Shown here: piece by piece, positions 52,250 to 63,699 of the stretch
Position numbering within the stretch: the first letter of the stretch is position 1
Layout of the letters: the number at the start of each line of letters is the position of its first letter
Assembly: GCA_965217865.1 (NCBI GenBank)
Contig: CBDCJO010000002.1
Coordinates: 1,952,001 to 2,016,000, forward strand
Reading direction: 5' to 3'
Length of the DNA stretch: 64,000 bases
Origin: Candidatus Latescibacterota bacterium
GTDB taxonomy: Bacteria; Latescibacterota; UBA2968; SICM01
Position numbers and translations under genes: made by a program
Notes under the pieces: model-generated
The model's database searches: none
Told to the model about the DNA's origin: nothing
What the model saw: only the letters and a program-made list of their open reading frames with translations

Positions 52250-52810
52250 TTGAGACAACTCAAAATCAAAAAAAGTCATCCTGAGTCCCTTCACTGCTTC
52301 AGGACAAACTCGGATGAAGCCGGATGAGTTTCGCGGTTTTTGCCGCGGAGTCGTAAGGAGGGGGATCTCGTTTTTCGGATCCCTCTGAAACAGTTTAAGA
52401 ACGAGGTTCTTTTCCCGTCGAGATCCCCCCGACTTCGTTCCGCAAAAACCGCGGAACTCCGGAGGGCAGGCTTCGCTATCGCTCATGATGACATTATGTC
52501 TCGTGATATTGGATCGACTTTAAAGCAAGCTTGTACATGAGCCCTTTATCAATTTCTCTTCCTCTATTTAGACTATTGACACCAAATATGTCATCCGCAG
52601 CCCCTTCGACAAGCTCAGGGTAAACTCCGTGGCCGATCCTTGGCCACAGAGTCGAAGGGAATCTCGTTTTTCGGAAAACGAAATATCAAGAGGTATAACG
52701 ATTTCTGTTCGTCTATTAGACAATTCAAACCAAATATGTCATTCTGAGCCCCTTCGACAAGCTCAGGACATGCTCCGGCGAAGAATCTCTGTTTTCGGTT
52801 ATCTCTGAAG
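52250..52810. repeat. Cluster of REP-like palindromic repeats (GTCAT.CTGAG...CCCTTCGACAAGCTCAGG...ATCTC family)
   Basis: Three related units at ~52275, ~52590 and ~52738; relatives at ~6740, ~41030-41185 and ~56205-56280. Confidence 0.75.
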
Positions 52811-52926
52811 GCTACAAAAGATGCGGACATCTTAGGGTTTCTTTGCATTTTCCATTTTTAACTTTCCATTTTCCATTTCCATGCTGGTCTAATTCTGTTA
52901 CGCCATAATAAACAAGGAAAAAGACC

Positions 52927-53670
52927 ATGAGGCTTCACGAAAAGGTAATCGTCATCACCGGAGGGGCATCCGGAATCGGTGGGGCGACGGCCGTCGTCTG
53001 TGCCCAAGAGGGGGCGAGAGTGGTGATTGGAGACATCAATATCGCGGACGGCAGTGAGATCGTCAAGAAGATCATCGGAGGAGGAGGCCAGGCGAAATTT
53101 GTGCAGACAGACGTGACACAAGATTCGGATGCCGGACGCCTGATCGAACAGGCCGAATCGTCCTTCGGCAGCCTCGATGTTTTGATCACCTGCGCGGGCA
53201 TCCTTCAGGGGGCGATGGTGCCGGTCGAAAATTTTGATGAGACCACCTGGGACCGCGTTCTCGGCGTAAACCTAAGGGGAACCTTGCTGTGTACAAAGCA
53301 CGCCGTTCCGGCCATCAAGCGGGCGGGAGGTGGCGTCATTCTATTCGTATCTTCAGTCGCGGGAGTGATAGGAGGAAGCTCATCAGTCGCCTACGGCGCC
53401 AGTAAGGGGGGCGTTCACGGGTTTGGACTTACCCTGATGGACCTCGCGGGTGAAAGCATCCGTGTGAATGTCGTGTGTCCCGGAAGCATCGATACTCCGT
53501 TGAAGCGGACCGCGATCGCCGATATCGCGGAGATGGCCGGGGAATCCGGTGAGGACGCCGTTTCATCCGCGCGCCCCGGCCTCGGAGATCCCGAAGGCGC
53601 CGGAAAGATCCTTGCGTTCCTCGCGTCCGATGACGCGGACTTCGTGCGCGGGACCGTGTTCACTCGCTAG
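52927..53670 (+). CDS. SDR family oxidoreductase
   Basis: ITGGASGIG, YGASK, VCPGSIDT. Confidence 0.93.
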   Translation: MRLHEKVIVITGGASGIGGATAVVCAQEGARVVIGDINIADGSEIVKKIIGGGGQAKFVQTDVTQDSDAGRLIEQAESSFGSLDVLITCAGILQGAMVPVENFDETTWDRVLGVNLRGTLLCTKHAVPAIKRAGGGVILFVSSVAGVIGGSSSVAYGASKGGVHGFGLTLMDLAGESIRVNVVCPGSIDTPLKRTAIADIAEMAGESGEDAVSSARPGLGDPEGAGKILAFLASDDADFVRGTVFTR

Positions 53671-53823
53671 GGACCCCCTAGCCCCCGACCGTCCCTTCAT
53701 TGAATATTGAATATTGGAACAACCAAGGACTTTCTTGTGGCCATCGTCTATGGTCCATCGTCTCTTTTTCCATTTTCCATTTTCCATTTTGCACCTTGCA
53801 TTTCCCTCCCGCCTCTGCCCCCT

Positions 53824-54226
53824 ATCTTCTCATCTAGTGAAATTCTACCCGGACCAATCAACAGAAGACTGAAAAACAGAATCGCTGCTTCAAGGGCGTG
53901 GGAGAACTTTTGAAATGGATCACCGCTATTCACGTGCATAAGCGTGGCTACAACCATCGTGCACAATAGCAAGAAGCACGCTGGGCGGGTAACAGCCCAA
54001 GCAGGAGCAGCAAACCACCTCCAAATTCAGAGATAGCTGCCATAAAGCCCATGAAGGTATGGGCAGAGTTTATACCTATGGCCGATAATGCGCCACCAAC
54101 CTTTGTCCATGCTTCCGGGCCTCCTGTCAGCTTAGGAAAACCATGAAGCATAAACATGATACCGATGCCGATCCTTAAAACAAGAAGGCCCTCATTGCGA
54201 TATTTATCAAGTTGACGAAATATCAT
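53824..54226 (-). pseudogene. DoxX family protein, frameshifted near 53990
   Basis: LRIGIG..FMLHGFPKL...EFGGG, then TRPACFLL...GPGRISLD in another frame. Confidence 0.8.
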
Positions 54227-54987
54227 TTCAACTCCTTTGATCTCTCAGCAATTGTTCGATTTCCCTTTCACACACTTCTCATAAAAATCGATTAGGGACT
54301 GGCCGTTCATGACTATAAGATATAGAATTTAGCCTTAGATCGAAAACGATTAAGCCGATTCTCAATCCGCTCGGGAGCGAATTCCCGCGCTACCTAAAAA
54401 AATCCGCCTAAGGCGGACTCTCCTGCCTTCTCCGACATCCGATCTTTGCCTTTTGCACTTTCCATTTTGCACCTTGCATTTTCCTTCCCCACTCCCTTTC
54501 CAATTTTGCGCGCGCGCGCAGAATTCGAGAAGCCCTGTGCGATTTCATAGCGTAAGACACTGTAATTATTTCTAATAGGGCGTGCCGCGACGTGGATCAG
54601 GGTTCGCACCATCGGACGTTCAATGGATTTCTTTCCGCGAGCGGTCAGTTGAACAAAAAATGTCGGCGAACCTCCCTACCGGGCTTAATCCGGTTTCCAC
54701 CTTACCTTGAAAACCTACCTGCCTGAAGAAGGTTCAATCGCCCAAGTCTGATATGTTTCCTTTTGAGTCTTCTTATCAAAATTCATAGCTCATAATCATC
54801 TCACTCTGGTGTCCGCGAATTAGCTTGAGCCCAGGTATTCTCTCGCGTCCGAATAGTATCTAAGCCGCTTCAGGCCCTGACTCCTGCCTTTGCTCTTCCT
54901 GCCACTGCCACCTGCTACTGCTTCCCTTACCTCTGACCTCCAACCCTTGTCTTTTCCTGACCTTCGACCTCCGATAAACGTCTTAAT

Positions 54988-55463
54988 TAATTGCGCATAA
55001 ATACCGGTAGAATATCGCTTAAACTGGCCTGCTCCTTTCCTAAAGCCAATGCCTGGACCGTCTCACGATTTCACGGTTTTTCTTTCCCCCGACCTCTGGC
55101 CTCCGACCCTCGGTTTTTCCCGACCGTGGCTTTCGGAGACGAAAACCCGGTTACGGAAACATCCGCTGGCACTGTCGGACTCCGAGGGCCATATCCCACC
55201 GCTGCCGGATAAATGCTGCCACGGTCTTTCCGTCCAGGCATTACTGATCACGCTGAAGTCCTTGCAAATCTTCCTCAAGGGAGCATCGATCTGCGCAAAT
55301 TGCTCTTCGCTCAGCCACCGTGGAGGCCCTCCCCTCAACGAGCTAGGACATGGGGCACTGTTCGAACATCTGCCCCGGTAGGCTACGGTTCGAGGCCCAT
55401 CGCCAGGAAGTCGGACAACCTCTCGACCGCTGTTCCGTCCGGAGACCGCTATATACGCAATTA
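54988..55463 (-). mobile_element. Degenerate IS630-like remnant
   Basis: IRs TAATTGCG(C/T)ATA; decayed HTH peptide DGKTVAAFIRQRWDMALGVRQCQRMF. Confidence 0.5.
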
Positions 55464-56574
55464 TTTATGACGTAAAAACTCAGCAAGCGCCTAGCGTAGT
55501 TTAAATCCGTGATATCCTTCCTGAAGGAGCTTTGAATTTCTTAGGACGAGCGTCCGACACTGATGTCTCGAATGTCGTATCAGAGTACAATCTTACTTCT
55601 CCGAGTTTCATTCGCTCCTCGTATCAGACCTCTGACCCCTGCCTAACTTGCTTAACGCACTCCGCTAGGAGAGATTCGGTCTGAATTTGGATGCCGGTTT
55701 CCGGCAGCTTAAACTTAGTCTATCTGCTTTCTTTGAAAAGAGATACAGGTCAGCTTCCGTTGGAGTTTTCATCAGCTTCGGTAGTGTATCCAGATCAATT
55801 TTGAACGCGCGTTCAAAATTGGAACGCTAAGACTTCTGGCCACTGTCCCTGGCTTTTCCCGACCTTTGGCCTTTGGCTCTTCCCAGCCCTTGCATTTGCC
55901 TTCCCACTACCACTTGTTACTGCCTTCCCTTAGCTCTTCCTGACCCATGACCAGCTCTTCCCGTCTACTTCAACTTTATCTATCTGCTTTTATTCCAAAT
56001 AGATGTCGGTTGGCTTCCTTCGAGATTTTCATCAACTTTCGATAACGCGAAAGGTTAATTCTGCGCGCGCGCGCAGAATTGGAAAGGACTGGTGAAACCG
56101 AGGGGATTCATACAATCCTCACGCTGATTCCTACCACCTTGGCCAGCCGGGGGGGACCTGTTCTCCGCCTTCCGACTCGTCCTGCAGTCACTCGAGAAGC
56201 AGGGCTAAGAATCTCGGTTTTTGATTGGCTGATACCTTTAGATGGACAACCGAGATTCTTCGCTAGCGCTCAGAATGACACATAATGCTACCCATTCTGT
56301 GTTCTGACTTCCTGTATTCTGTATTCCAATTTCGAGGACCGGGATGGGCTTGGGGGAGTCCGCCTGCGGCGGACTTCATATGCGTAGCACGGGAATTCAT
56401 TCCCGTGCGAGACACCATCCAAAACCAAGACCTGCTGCTTCTCATTCTGTATTCTGTATTCTATCTTCCGGGGGGATGGGCGGAAGGGCCCTACTCTACT
56501 GATTTTATCTTGACATCTCAACGGCTTTGGGCCATTCATGTCGGGTAAACCTCTCTGGGGAAAACGATGTCGAC

Positions 56575-57801
56575 ATGCTGAAAAATCCACCGCGGGAAAA
56601 AGAATGGGTGTCCTGGTTGTTCGTCGGTCTCTGGACACTCATTATCTTCCTGACCATTCCTTTCGCCCGCGCCATCCAGAAATTCGTCTATCTCCATTGG
56701 GGTCGCGAGACCTTTGCCTACGCTGTAATCGGCGTTGTTGTGGCCGCCTGTGCCGCCGGCGTTATCTACCTTCTTCGCACGAGAATGACCCTGCGCAGCT
56801 ATGTATGGCTGCTGGTCATATCGGCGATCTTTGTCAAGTATACGATTGAACTCACAAGCCCCGAAGAGTCCCTTCACTTTATCGAGTACGGCCTCCTCGG
56901 GTTTCTGGCCTATCGTGCGATTTTACATCGCATCAGAGATGTAAGTATCTATTTCGTTTGTGCGATCCTTTGCACCACCATTGGGACGATCGATGAACTG
57001 GTACAGTGGTTAACCCCGGAGAGATATTGGGGACTCAGGGATATATGGTTGAACGGATTTGCAGGCGCCCTCTCACAAGTCGCGATAGCGAAAGGCTTGA
57101 GACCGACTTTGATATCGAGGAGCCTGAGCGCCGTCGGCATCCGATGGCTTTGTCGGGTTTCCGGGATCGCGGTGATATTGCTCGTTGTCTCCTTCCTCAA
57201 CACACCGGATCGGATCGCAACCTATTCCGAGCGTTATCCTTTTCTGGCACACCTGAAAAACCAGCAGAGCATGATGTTCGAATACGGCTATCTTTACGAC
57301 GATCCTGACACCGGGATTTTTCGCTCCCGCCTTTCCCCCGAGGAGCTCCATCGAAACGACTCAGAACGAGGCGCTGAGGCCGCTCGGGTCCTTGACCGCT
57401 TTCACGATAATGCTTCATATGAGTCGTTTCTTAAGCGATATTCACCGGTCACCGATCCCTTCATACACGAGGCGAGAGTCCACGTGTTCAGGAGAGACGC
57501 CTATCTGATAAATTCCGAAAAACACACGAATGACGAAATTAATTACCGGACTCACCTCACCGTGGCCTACCGAGAAAACAGAATCTTGGAGAAATACTTT
57601 AAAAATACCCTTGCCCAATCCAGCTACGTCCTGTCGCCAGAGCAAATCGATATGTTGGAAGAGAACTTGATAACCGACCACAAATATGAAAGTCCCGTCA
57701 GCAAAGGCCTGGTCACAGGCGTGAGGGAATGGCAGGTCATAGGTCTTCTGGTTGTTGTGCTGTTGGGCTTGGCTTTTGTGGATATTAAACAGCGCAACTG
57801 A
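56575..57801 (+). CDS. VanZ-family membrane protein with C-terminal extension
   Basis: HFIEYGLLG, DELVQW..P.RY...RD...N; start uncertain. Confidence 0.8.
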   Translation: MLKNPPREKEWVSWLFVGLWTLIIFLTIPFARAIQKFVYLHWGRETFAYAVIGVVVAACAAGVIYLLRTRMTLRSYVWLLVISAIFVKYTIELTSPEESLHFIEYGLLGFLAYRAILHRIRDVSIYFVCAILCTTIGTIDELVQWLTPERYWGLRDIWLNGFAGALSQVAIAKGLRPTLISRSLSAVGIRWLCRVSGIAVILLVVSFLNTPDRIATYSERYPFLAHLKNQQSMMFEYGYLYDDPDTGIFRSRLSPEELHRNDSERGAEAARVLDRFHDNASYESFLKRYSPVTDPFIHEARVHVFRRDAYLINSEKHTNDEINYRTHLTVAYRENRILEKYFKNTLAQSSYVLSPEQIDMLEENLITDHKYESPVSKGLVTGVREWQVIGLLVVVLLGLAFVDIKQRN

Positions 57802-58075
57802 ACGAAGGCCTCGATAGGTAATGGGATAGCCCCTTAAATTTGTGGGACCCGACTCCAGTCGGGGAAGCCGGGGTTCGCGGATCGTGACTCGGAAAAGGCC
57901 GTATCTTATCGATTAAAACCCTTGACCGTTCCTAAATTTTTCGGATTCATTACGAATCACGATAAAGTGGTCCTGCCCCTACAGAGCCAGGTTCCCAGTG
58001 GAGACCCGTCCCACAACTTGTGGCCATATAAGGCCAGGGGGTTTAACTGGGGCTGAGCGCAGTGAGCCTTGAAAT

Positions 58076-59041
58076 ATGAAATTCAACCCATTTTCCCCTC
58101 TCCCGACCCGTTTTCGGTTGACCCGCAGGCATTTCCTGAAGTCGATGGCGGCTGGCGGAACGTCCCTCCTGGCGAGCGGACCTTTCCGATCTGCCTGGAG
58201 CGCGAGCGGATCCACAGAGGGATCGGTCCGGCTCGTCTTCTACACGGATATCCACGCCCGGACCGAATGGGACACACCACAAGCCATGGAACGAGCCGCG
58301 AACGCGATCAACGGACAGGGAGCGGACCTGGCCATTGCGGGCGGAGACCTGATTACCGACGGCTTCCAGTCTTCCGCAGAAACCGTGGCACCCAGGTGGG
58401 ACGCTTACCTGGCTTTCCATCGCCGAGTTCACGGTGATATTTATCCGGTCATCGGCAATCACGACCTGGTTGCCGCGATCCCTGAAGATGGAACCCAACC
58501 CAGTCCGGATCCCCGGGGGATCTTTCGCAAAAAATTAGGCCTCGATTCCACATATTACGCCTTCGATGCCGTGGGCTATCACTTCGTGGTCCTGGACGCC
58601 ATCCTGGTAACAGGTGGAAAATTGAAATACAACGGGTTGATCACGCCCGAACAGTTGGAATGGTTAAGGGGAGATCTTGCCCTGGTCTCCAGGGATACTC
58701 CGATCGTACTCGTCTCGCATATCCCGCTTCTCACGGCCTTTTTCGCAGCCACAGAAGGTTCGACGACCGCAGGTCCGAAGAACCGCGTATTGGTCAACAA
58801 CACCCAGGTCCTGGATCTCTTTCAGGATCACAACCTGATCCTTGTCCTCCAGGGCCATCTCCACGTCAGTGAGCTCCTACGATGGCGAAACACCACCTTC
58901 TTGACAGGGGGTGCGATCTGTGGGAAGTGGTGGCGCGGCCCCTGGTACGGTACCGAGGAGGGATTCTGCGTGATGGACCTCACCGGCGATCACATCGAAT
59001 GGAATTACATCGATTATGGATGGGAAGCCCGCCGTCCATAG
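58076..59041 (+). CDS. Tat-exported metallophosphoesterase
   Basis: TRRHFLK signal; TDIH, GGDL, GNHD, SHIP, GHLH. Confidence 0.9.
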   Translation: MKFNPFSPLPTRFRLTRRHFLKSMAAGGTSLLASGPFRSAWSASGSTEGSVRLVFYTDIHARTEWDTPQAMERAANAINGQGADLAIAGGDLITDGFQSSAETVAPRWDAYLAFHRRVHGDIYPVIGNHDLVAAIPEDGTQPSPDPRGIFRKKLGLDSTYYAFDAVGYHFVVLDAILVTGGKLKYNGLITPEQLEWLRGDLALVSRDTPIVLVSHIPLLTAFFAATEGSTTAGPKNRVLVNNTQVLDLFQDHNLILVLQGHLHVSELLRWRNTTFLTGGAICGKWWRGPWYGTEEGFCVMDLTGDHIEWNYIDYGWEARRP

Positions 59042-59070
59042 ATCTAAGAGGAGTTGCTTTGAATTTTCCG

Positions 59071-60270
59071 ATGCACGCAGGGTATAGCCGATTGGTGGAT
59101 GTGGCCGTTGAAAGTCACAAGGGCGGCCGGAGAACCGATAATATCTATGAAAAGGACATCGATCTGGCGCGTCTTTACAGCTACGGCTTCCGGATCCATA
59201 CGATCGGGACTTTTCACGCCACCAGGCTCGCGATCGAGTCCTTTAGGGCGGACGACACGGCCGCTCAAACCCAACTTCTCCGTGCCCGTGAACAACTTCT
59301 AGACCTGATCAATCAGGGACTGGAACCCGTGCCTGACGATTTTCGGGTTGTAATCTCGACCCTCTACAGATATGACCGGGGTGTGCGCCGGGTAATGGAT
59401 GCCCTGGAGGGTGCCCACCTCGCTTTGAACGACGCGAGGTTGGAGCACATCGCCAAACGTTTTGCAGAAGTCGTGGGGGAGATCACTTCCCGGAACGGAA
59501 TCCACCTGACCCTCGACACAGAAGCTCCCGAACAGGCGTCTTTTATCGTTCCGAACCTGGGGATCACCATCGTCCCGCTGATCTACGGCGATCATCACTC
59601 GTGGAATCTGGCATTTCTGCACCCGGATATGCTGGACGTCCCCATGCATCGACACCACTACGGGGTCGAGATCCACCTGGGCTTCGACCCCCTCGAGGGA
59701 TACATGGTCCTGGGCGATTGCAAAGCCCCGGTATCGGAGGGTTACGCCCTGCCGATTCCGCCGATGACCCGCCACGGATGGTCCAACACCTCCGGTCAAG
59801 TCCATCACGTCCCGTTCATCTTCGGCTCCCTCAAACACGCAGGTTGGGGGATATACTTCGATGTCGATCCCCATCCGAAGCCGCTTAATGCGCTTCGACC
59901 CGTGGACCGCGCGGGTTGGCAGATGGGCCCAACCGTGTTCCTGGAGCGGGAAATTGAATCCGCTGCGCGGATGAGCGCCTCGCGGCGTCGCGTCATTGTT
60001 CCGGCCCCGTCCATGGACCGAAACGGAAGCGGGGGCCTGGAATTGGCCGTGTCCAGGGCCAACGAGTCGGGCTTGACTTTTCCGGTCAGCGACTACCGAA
60101 TCGTTTCCGTTGTTCGCGGAAAGGGTGTTGCCCGAATTGGGCCCGTGGAACGCCTGGCCCATTCTCACCATCACCTCGGGATCCCCCCAGGCATGTCCGC
60201 CATCTTTTGTCAGGAAGGACCGGACCCCCTGGTGCTCCTCGACGCCCTAATTGTCGGATCCGGGCGTTAA
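59071..60270 (+). CDS. Hypothetical cupin-like protein
   Basis: HRHHYGVEIH...IPPMTRHGW cupin-type metal motif; start uncertain (59059 or 59071). Confidence 0.65.
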   Translation: MHAGYSRLVDVAVESHKGGRRTDNIYEKDIDLARLYSYGFRIHTIGTFHATRLAIESFRADDTAAQTQLLRAREQLLDLINQGLEPVPDDFRVVISTLYRYDRGVRRVMDALEGAHLALNDARLEHIAKRFAEVVGEITSRNGIHLTLDTEAPEQASFIVPNLGITIVPLIYGDHHSWNLAFLHPDMLDVPMHRHHYGVEIHLGFDPLEGYMVLGDCKAPVSEGYALPIPPMTRHGWSNTSGQVHHVPFIFGSLKHAGWGIYFDVDPHPKPLNALRPVDRAGWQMGPTVFLEREIESAARMSASRRRVIVPAPSMDRNGSGGLELAVSRANESGLTFPVSDYRIVSVVRGKGVARIGPVERLAHSHHHLGIPPGMSAIFCQEGPDPLVLLDALIVGSGR

Positions 60271-60351
60271 CGCCGAGAACTTCCAAACCTGGTATCGTGT
60301 CCCTTTAGACGCGATATTTGCATTTTCCATTTCCACAAGGAGTCGTGAATT

Positions 60352-61683
60352 ATGGCGACCGAGGCGCAGAAGAAGACAGTCACAAAGATCATCGATGAAA
60401 TGGAGGACGAGATCGTCCAGACGATCAGTGAGTTGGTCAAGATTCGGAGTGTGAATCCGGGTTATCCCGGGGTCGATGTCGAAAAGGAACTCGGCGGAGA
60501 AACCGAGGCGAACAACTACCTCAAACCGAGATATGAAAAATTAGGTTTGGAAGTGGACATGTGGGAAGAGGTTCCGGGCCGGGCGAATTTGGTCGGCGTG
60601 TGGAAAGGCACGGGGGGCGGGAAGTCCCTCATCCATAATGGCCATATCGACACCGTTCCTCCCGGCCTCACCGAGAACTGGAAATCAGGCGATCCCCTCA
60701 GCGGGAAGGTGCAGGACGGCCGGATCTGCGGCCGGGGTTCGTGCGATATGAAGGGCCCGGTGGTCTCTCAAACCATGGCGATCGCGGCAATACAACGCGC
60801 GGGCCTGCAGCTCAAAGGGAATGTGATCCTGGAAAGCACGGTGGGTGAGGAGAACATGGAAAGCGCGGAAATCGGGGCCGGCATCACCGTCCAGCGCGGC
60901 TATAAGGCGGATGCGGCCATTGTCTCCGAACCCTCGGCACCCCCCCATCCCCTGGCCGTCGTCCCGGTTTCACCCGGCCTCTTGTGGGCCGGGGTTTCAG
61001 TTGAGGGTAAAGCCAGCCATGCCTCGATGCGTGGAGAGACATTCCGTGCCGGCGGGCTGGGTGCAAAGGTGGCGGTAAACGCGATCGACAAGGGGATCTT
61101 TCTCGTCAACGCGATCCGGAAGCTAGAGGACGAATGGGGCCTCACCAAACAACACCCCCTGTTCAAACCCGGTCAGTTCTCGATACTGCCGGGGGTGATT
61201 TCCGGGGCCCCTCACGGTGTGCAGGTGCCATTTTTTGTTTCCGATTACTGCAATATCGAATATTGCATCTGGTTCCATCCCGACGAAGATCCCGAAAACG
61301 TAAAGGAAGAATTCGAAACGTATATCCACCACGCCTCACAGCTGGATGAGTGGCTCCGAGAGCACCCCCCCAAGGTGGAATGGAAGATCGTTTGGCCCGC
61401 ATTTGTCGTAGATGAGGATCATCCGATCTGCAGATCCGTGGGCGACGCCCACGAGGAGGCCGCGCAAGGCACCCGATTTGAGGGACCTGCAAAAGTTGCC
61501 GGGTGGTATGCGGTAAGCGACGCAGCCTTTCTGAACCCCCAGGGGGTGCCCAGCATCGTCTACGGACCCGGCAGCCTGCTGGTTGCCCACGCCCCGGATG
61601 AGTACATCGAAATCGATGAGCTGATGGTGGCAACCAAAACTTACGCCCTGGTCACGATGGAATGGTGCGAAGTGAGCGGTTGA
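60352..61683 (+). CDS. ArgE/DapE family (M20) deacylase
   Basis: NGHIDTV, GRGSCDMKG, GEE, SEP, AHAPDE. Confidence 0.92.
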   Translation: MATEAQKKTVTKIIDEMEDEIVQTISELVKIRSVNPGYPGVDVEKELGGETEANNYLKPRYEKLGLEVDMWEEVPGRANLVGVWKGTGGGKSLIHNGHIDTVPPGLTENWKSGDPLSGKVQDGRICGRGSCDMKGPVVSQTMAIAAIQRAGLQLKGNVILESTVGEENMESAEIGAGITVQRGYKADAAIVSEPSAPPHPLAVVPVSPGLLWAGVSVEGKASHASMRGETFRAGGLGAKVAVNAIDKGIFLVNAIRKLEDEWGLTKQHPLFKPGQFSILPGVISGAPHGVQVPFFVSDYCNIEYCIWFHPDEDPENVKEEFETYIHHASQLDEWLREHPPKVEWKIVWPAFVVDEDHPICRSVGDAHEEAAQGTRFEGPAKVAGWYAVSDAAFLNPQGVPSIVYGPGSLLVAHAPDEYIEIDELMVATKTYALVTMEWCEVSG

Positions 61684-61713
61684 TTCTGGCAGGACGAAAC
61701 AGGAGGCAGCTTC

Positions 61714-63661
61714 ATGGCGAACCTTCTTTCAACATCCGGCAGGTCACTCAAATTATGGACGGCAGTGATCTTCATAGTGTCAGGAATCCTGGCTGTGGTC
61801 CTGAACGCCTCGGCTCAATCGATGAAACATCCGATGGACCCGCTGACCGCCGAAGAGTACTCCGCGGCCGTGAAAGTGTTGAAGACCGAAAAAAAGGTCG
61901 ATGATGAGACCCGCTTTTCACTGATCACCCTCCTCGAACCTCCGAAATCCACGGTGTTGGCATGGAAACCCGGCACCCCTGTGTCCAGGAAAGCCTTCGC
62001 CAGCGTGAAAAAAGGTCCTGATATATTCGAGGCGATTGTTGATATAACAGGAGAAGCGGTTGCCTCCTGGAAGCGGATCACCGGGGTCCAGCCGGGGGTG
62101 TTGACCGAAGAATGGACATCCGCCCAGGAAATCGTCCGGTCGGATCCGGCCTGGCAGGCCGCCGTCCGAAAAAGAGGAATCACCGATTTCGAAAACGTGG
62201 TCTGCCTCCCCCTGACCGTAGGCTACTTCGGAATCGCCGAGGAAGAAGGGCGACGCCTGTTCAAGGTTGCGAGTTTCGATTCTCGGGGAACCCGGAACTT
62301 CTGGGCCCGCCCGATCGAAGGCCTCACGGCCGTGGTGGACATCGAGAAGGGAGAAGTGATCAAGCTGATCGACACCGGCGTCTTGCCTATCCCTGAGGGG
62401 ACCGCCGATCTCGATGAGGTGTCAGCCGGTCCACTTCGAGAAGCGCCGAATCCCATATCGATGGTCCAGCCCGAAGGTCCAAGTTTCAAGGTAGACAACA
62501 ACCAGGTAAGCTGGCAAAACTGGAACTTTCATTTTCGGATCGATCCCCGGCTCGGTCCTGTATCAGGGCGCTATATCAGAGCTCTTCGTCCCCTACATGG
62601 ATCCTGACGTCGGATGGTACTTCCGGACCTACATGGATGCAGGCGAATACGGAGTGGGCAAGCTCGCAGCGCCTCTGGAGCCTGGGCTGGACTGCCCTGA
62701 AAACGCTCTGTTTTTCGACGCCGTCTTCGCAGACGATCTGGGAAAACCCTACACCCAGAAGCGGGCGGCCTGCCTCTTTGAACGCTACACCGCGGACATC
62801 GCCTGGCGTCACTATGAAGGTGTCAACGGGGCCAGTGAAGTCCGCAGGAAAACCGACCTCGTCTTTCGCTTTATCTCTGCCATCGGCAATTACGACTACC
62901 TCCTCGACTGGGTCTTCCGTCAGGACGGGTCGATTAAGGTTGCCCTGGGCGCCAGCGGAATCGAACAGGTCAAGGCCGTGAAAAGCCGGACGGCCTTAGA
63001 TGATAGGGAGGGGATCGAAACACGGTACGGGCACATGGTTGCGGAGCACACCGCGGCGATCAACCACGATCACTTCTTCTGTTTTCGGCTCGATCTTGAT
63101 GTCGACGGACCGAAGAACAGCTTTCTCCGTGACAAACTCAAAACCGTGCGTCTCGAAAAAGGACCCAGGAAAAGCGTCTGGATTGTCGAACCGGATATGG
63201 CCGAGACGGAGCAGGATGCAAAACTCCGGATCAACATCGAGAAACCCTCGCTCTGGCGGGTCATCAATCCCGATGTCAGCGGACCGCTCGGCTATCCTGT
63301 CAGCTACCGGCTCAAGTTCAAGACCAACGCCGTTTCACTCCTGACGCCGGATGACTTCCCTCAGCGTCGAGCCGGCTTCACGGACTACCACCTCTGGGTC
63401 ACCCCCTACAATCCCGATGAACAATATGCGGGTGGGACCTATCCGAATCAGAGCAAAGGCGGCGACGGACTCCCCGCCTGGACCAAGGGCAATCGTACGA
63501 TAGAAAATACCGACATCGTGCTCTGGTACACCCTCGGGTTTCACCACGTGGTCCGGGCGGAGGATTGGCCGGTTTTGCCAACCTCTTGGCATGAATTCGA
63601 GCTTCATCCATTCGACTTCTTTGAACGAAATCCCGCCCTCGACTTGCCGAAAGGCCGTTAA
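61714..63661 (+). pseudogene. tynA: Copper amine oxidase, split by a short deletion/frameshift near 62560
   Basis: HPMDPLT, ELFVPYMDP, GNYDY (TPQ consensus), HDHFF, HHVVRAEDWP. Confidence 0.85.
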
Positions 63662-63699
63662 TTCGTCGACGCTTCCAAAACCCCTAAGGAGGTGGTGAC

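Noticed and set aside
54690-54790. Short minus-strand ORF with in-frame TAG (possible pyrrolysine)
   Set aside because: Stops again within ten codons; no homology or pyl genes seen
62560-62610. Programmed frameshift or selenocysteine readthrough in the amine oxidase
   Set aside because: No slippery site; conserved sequence is missing, so a deletion explains it better
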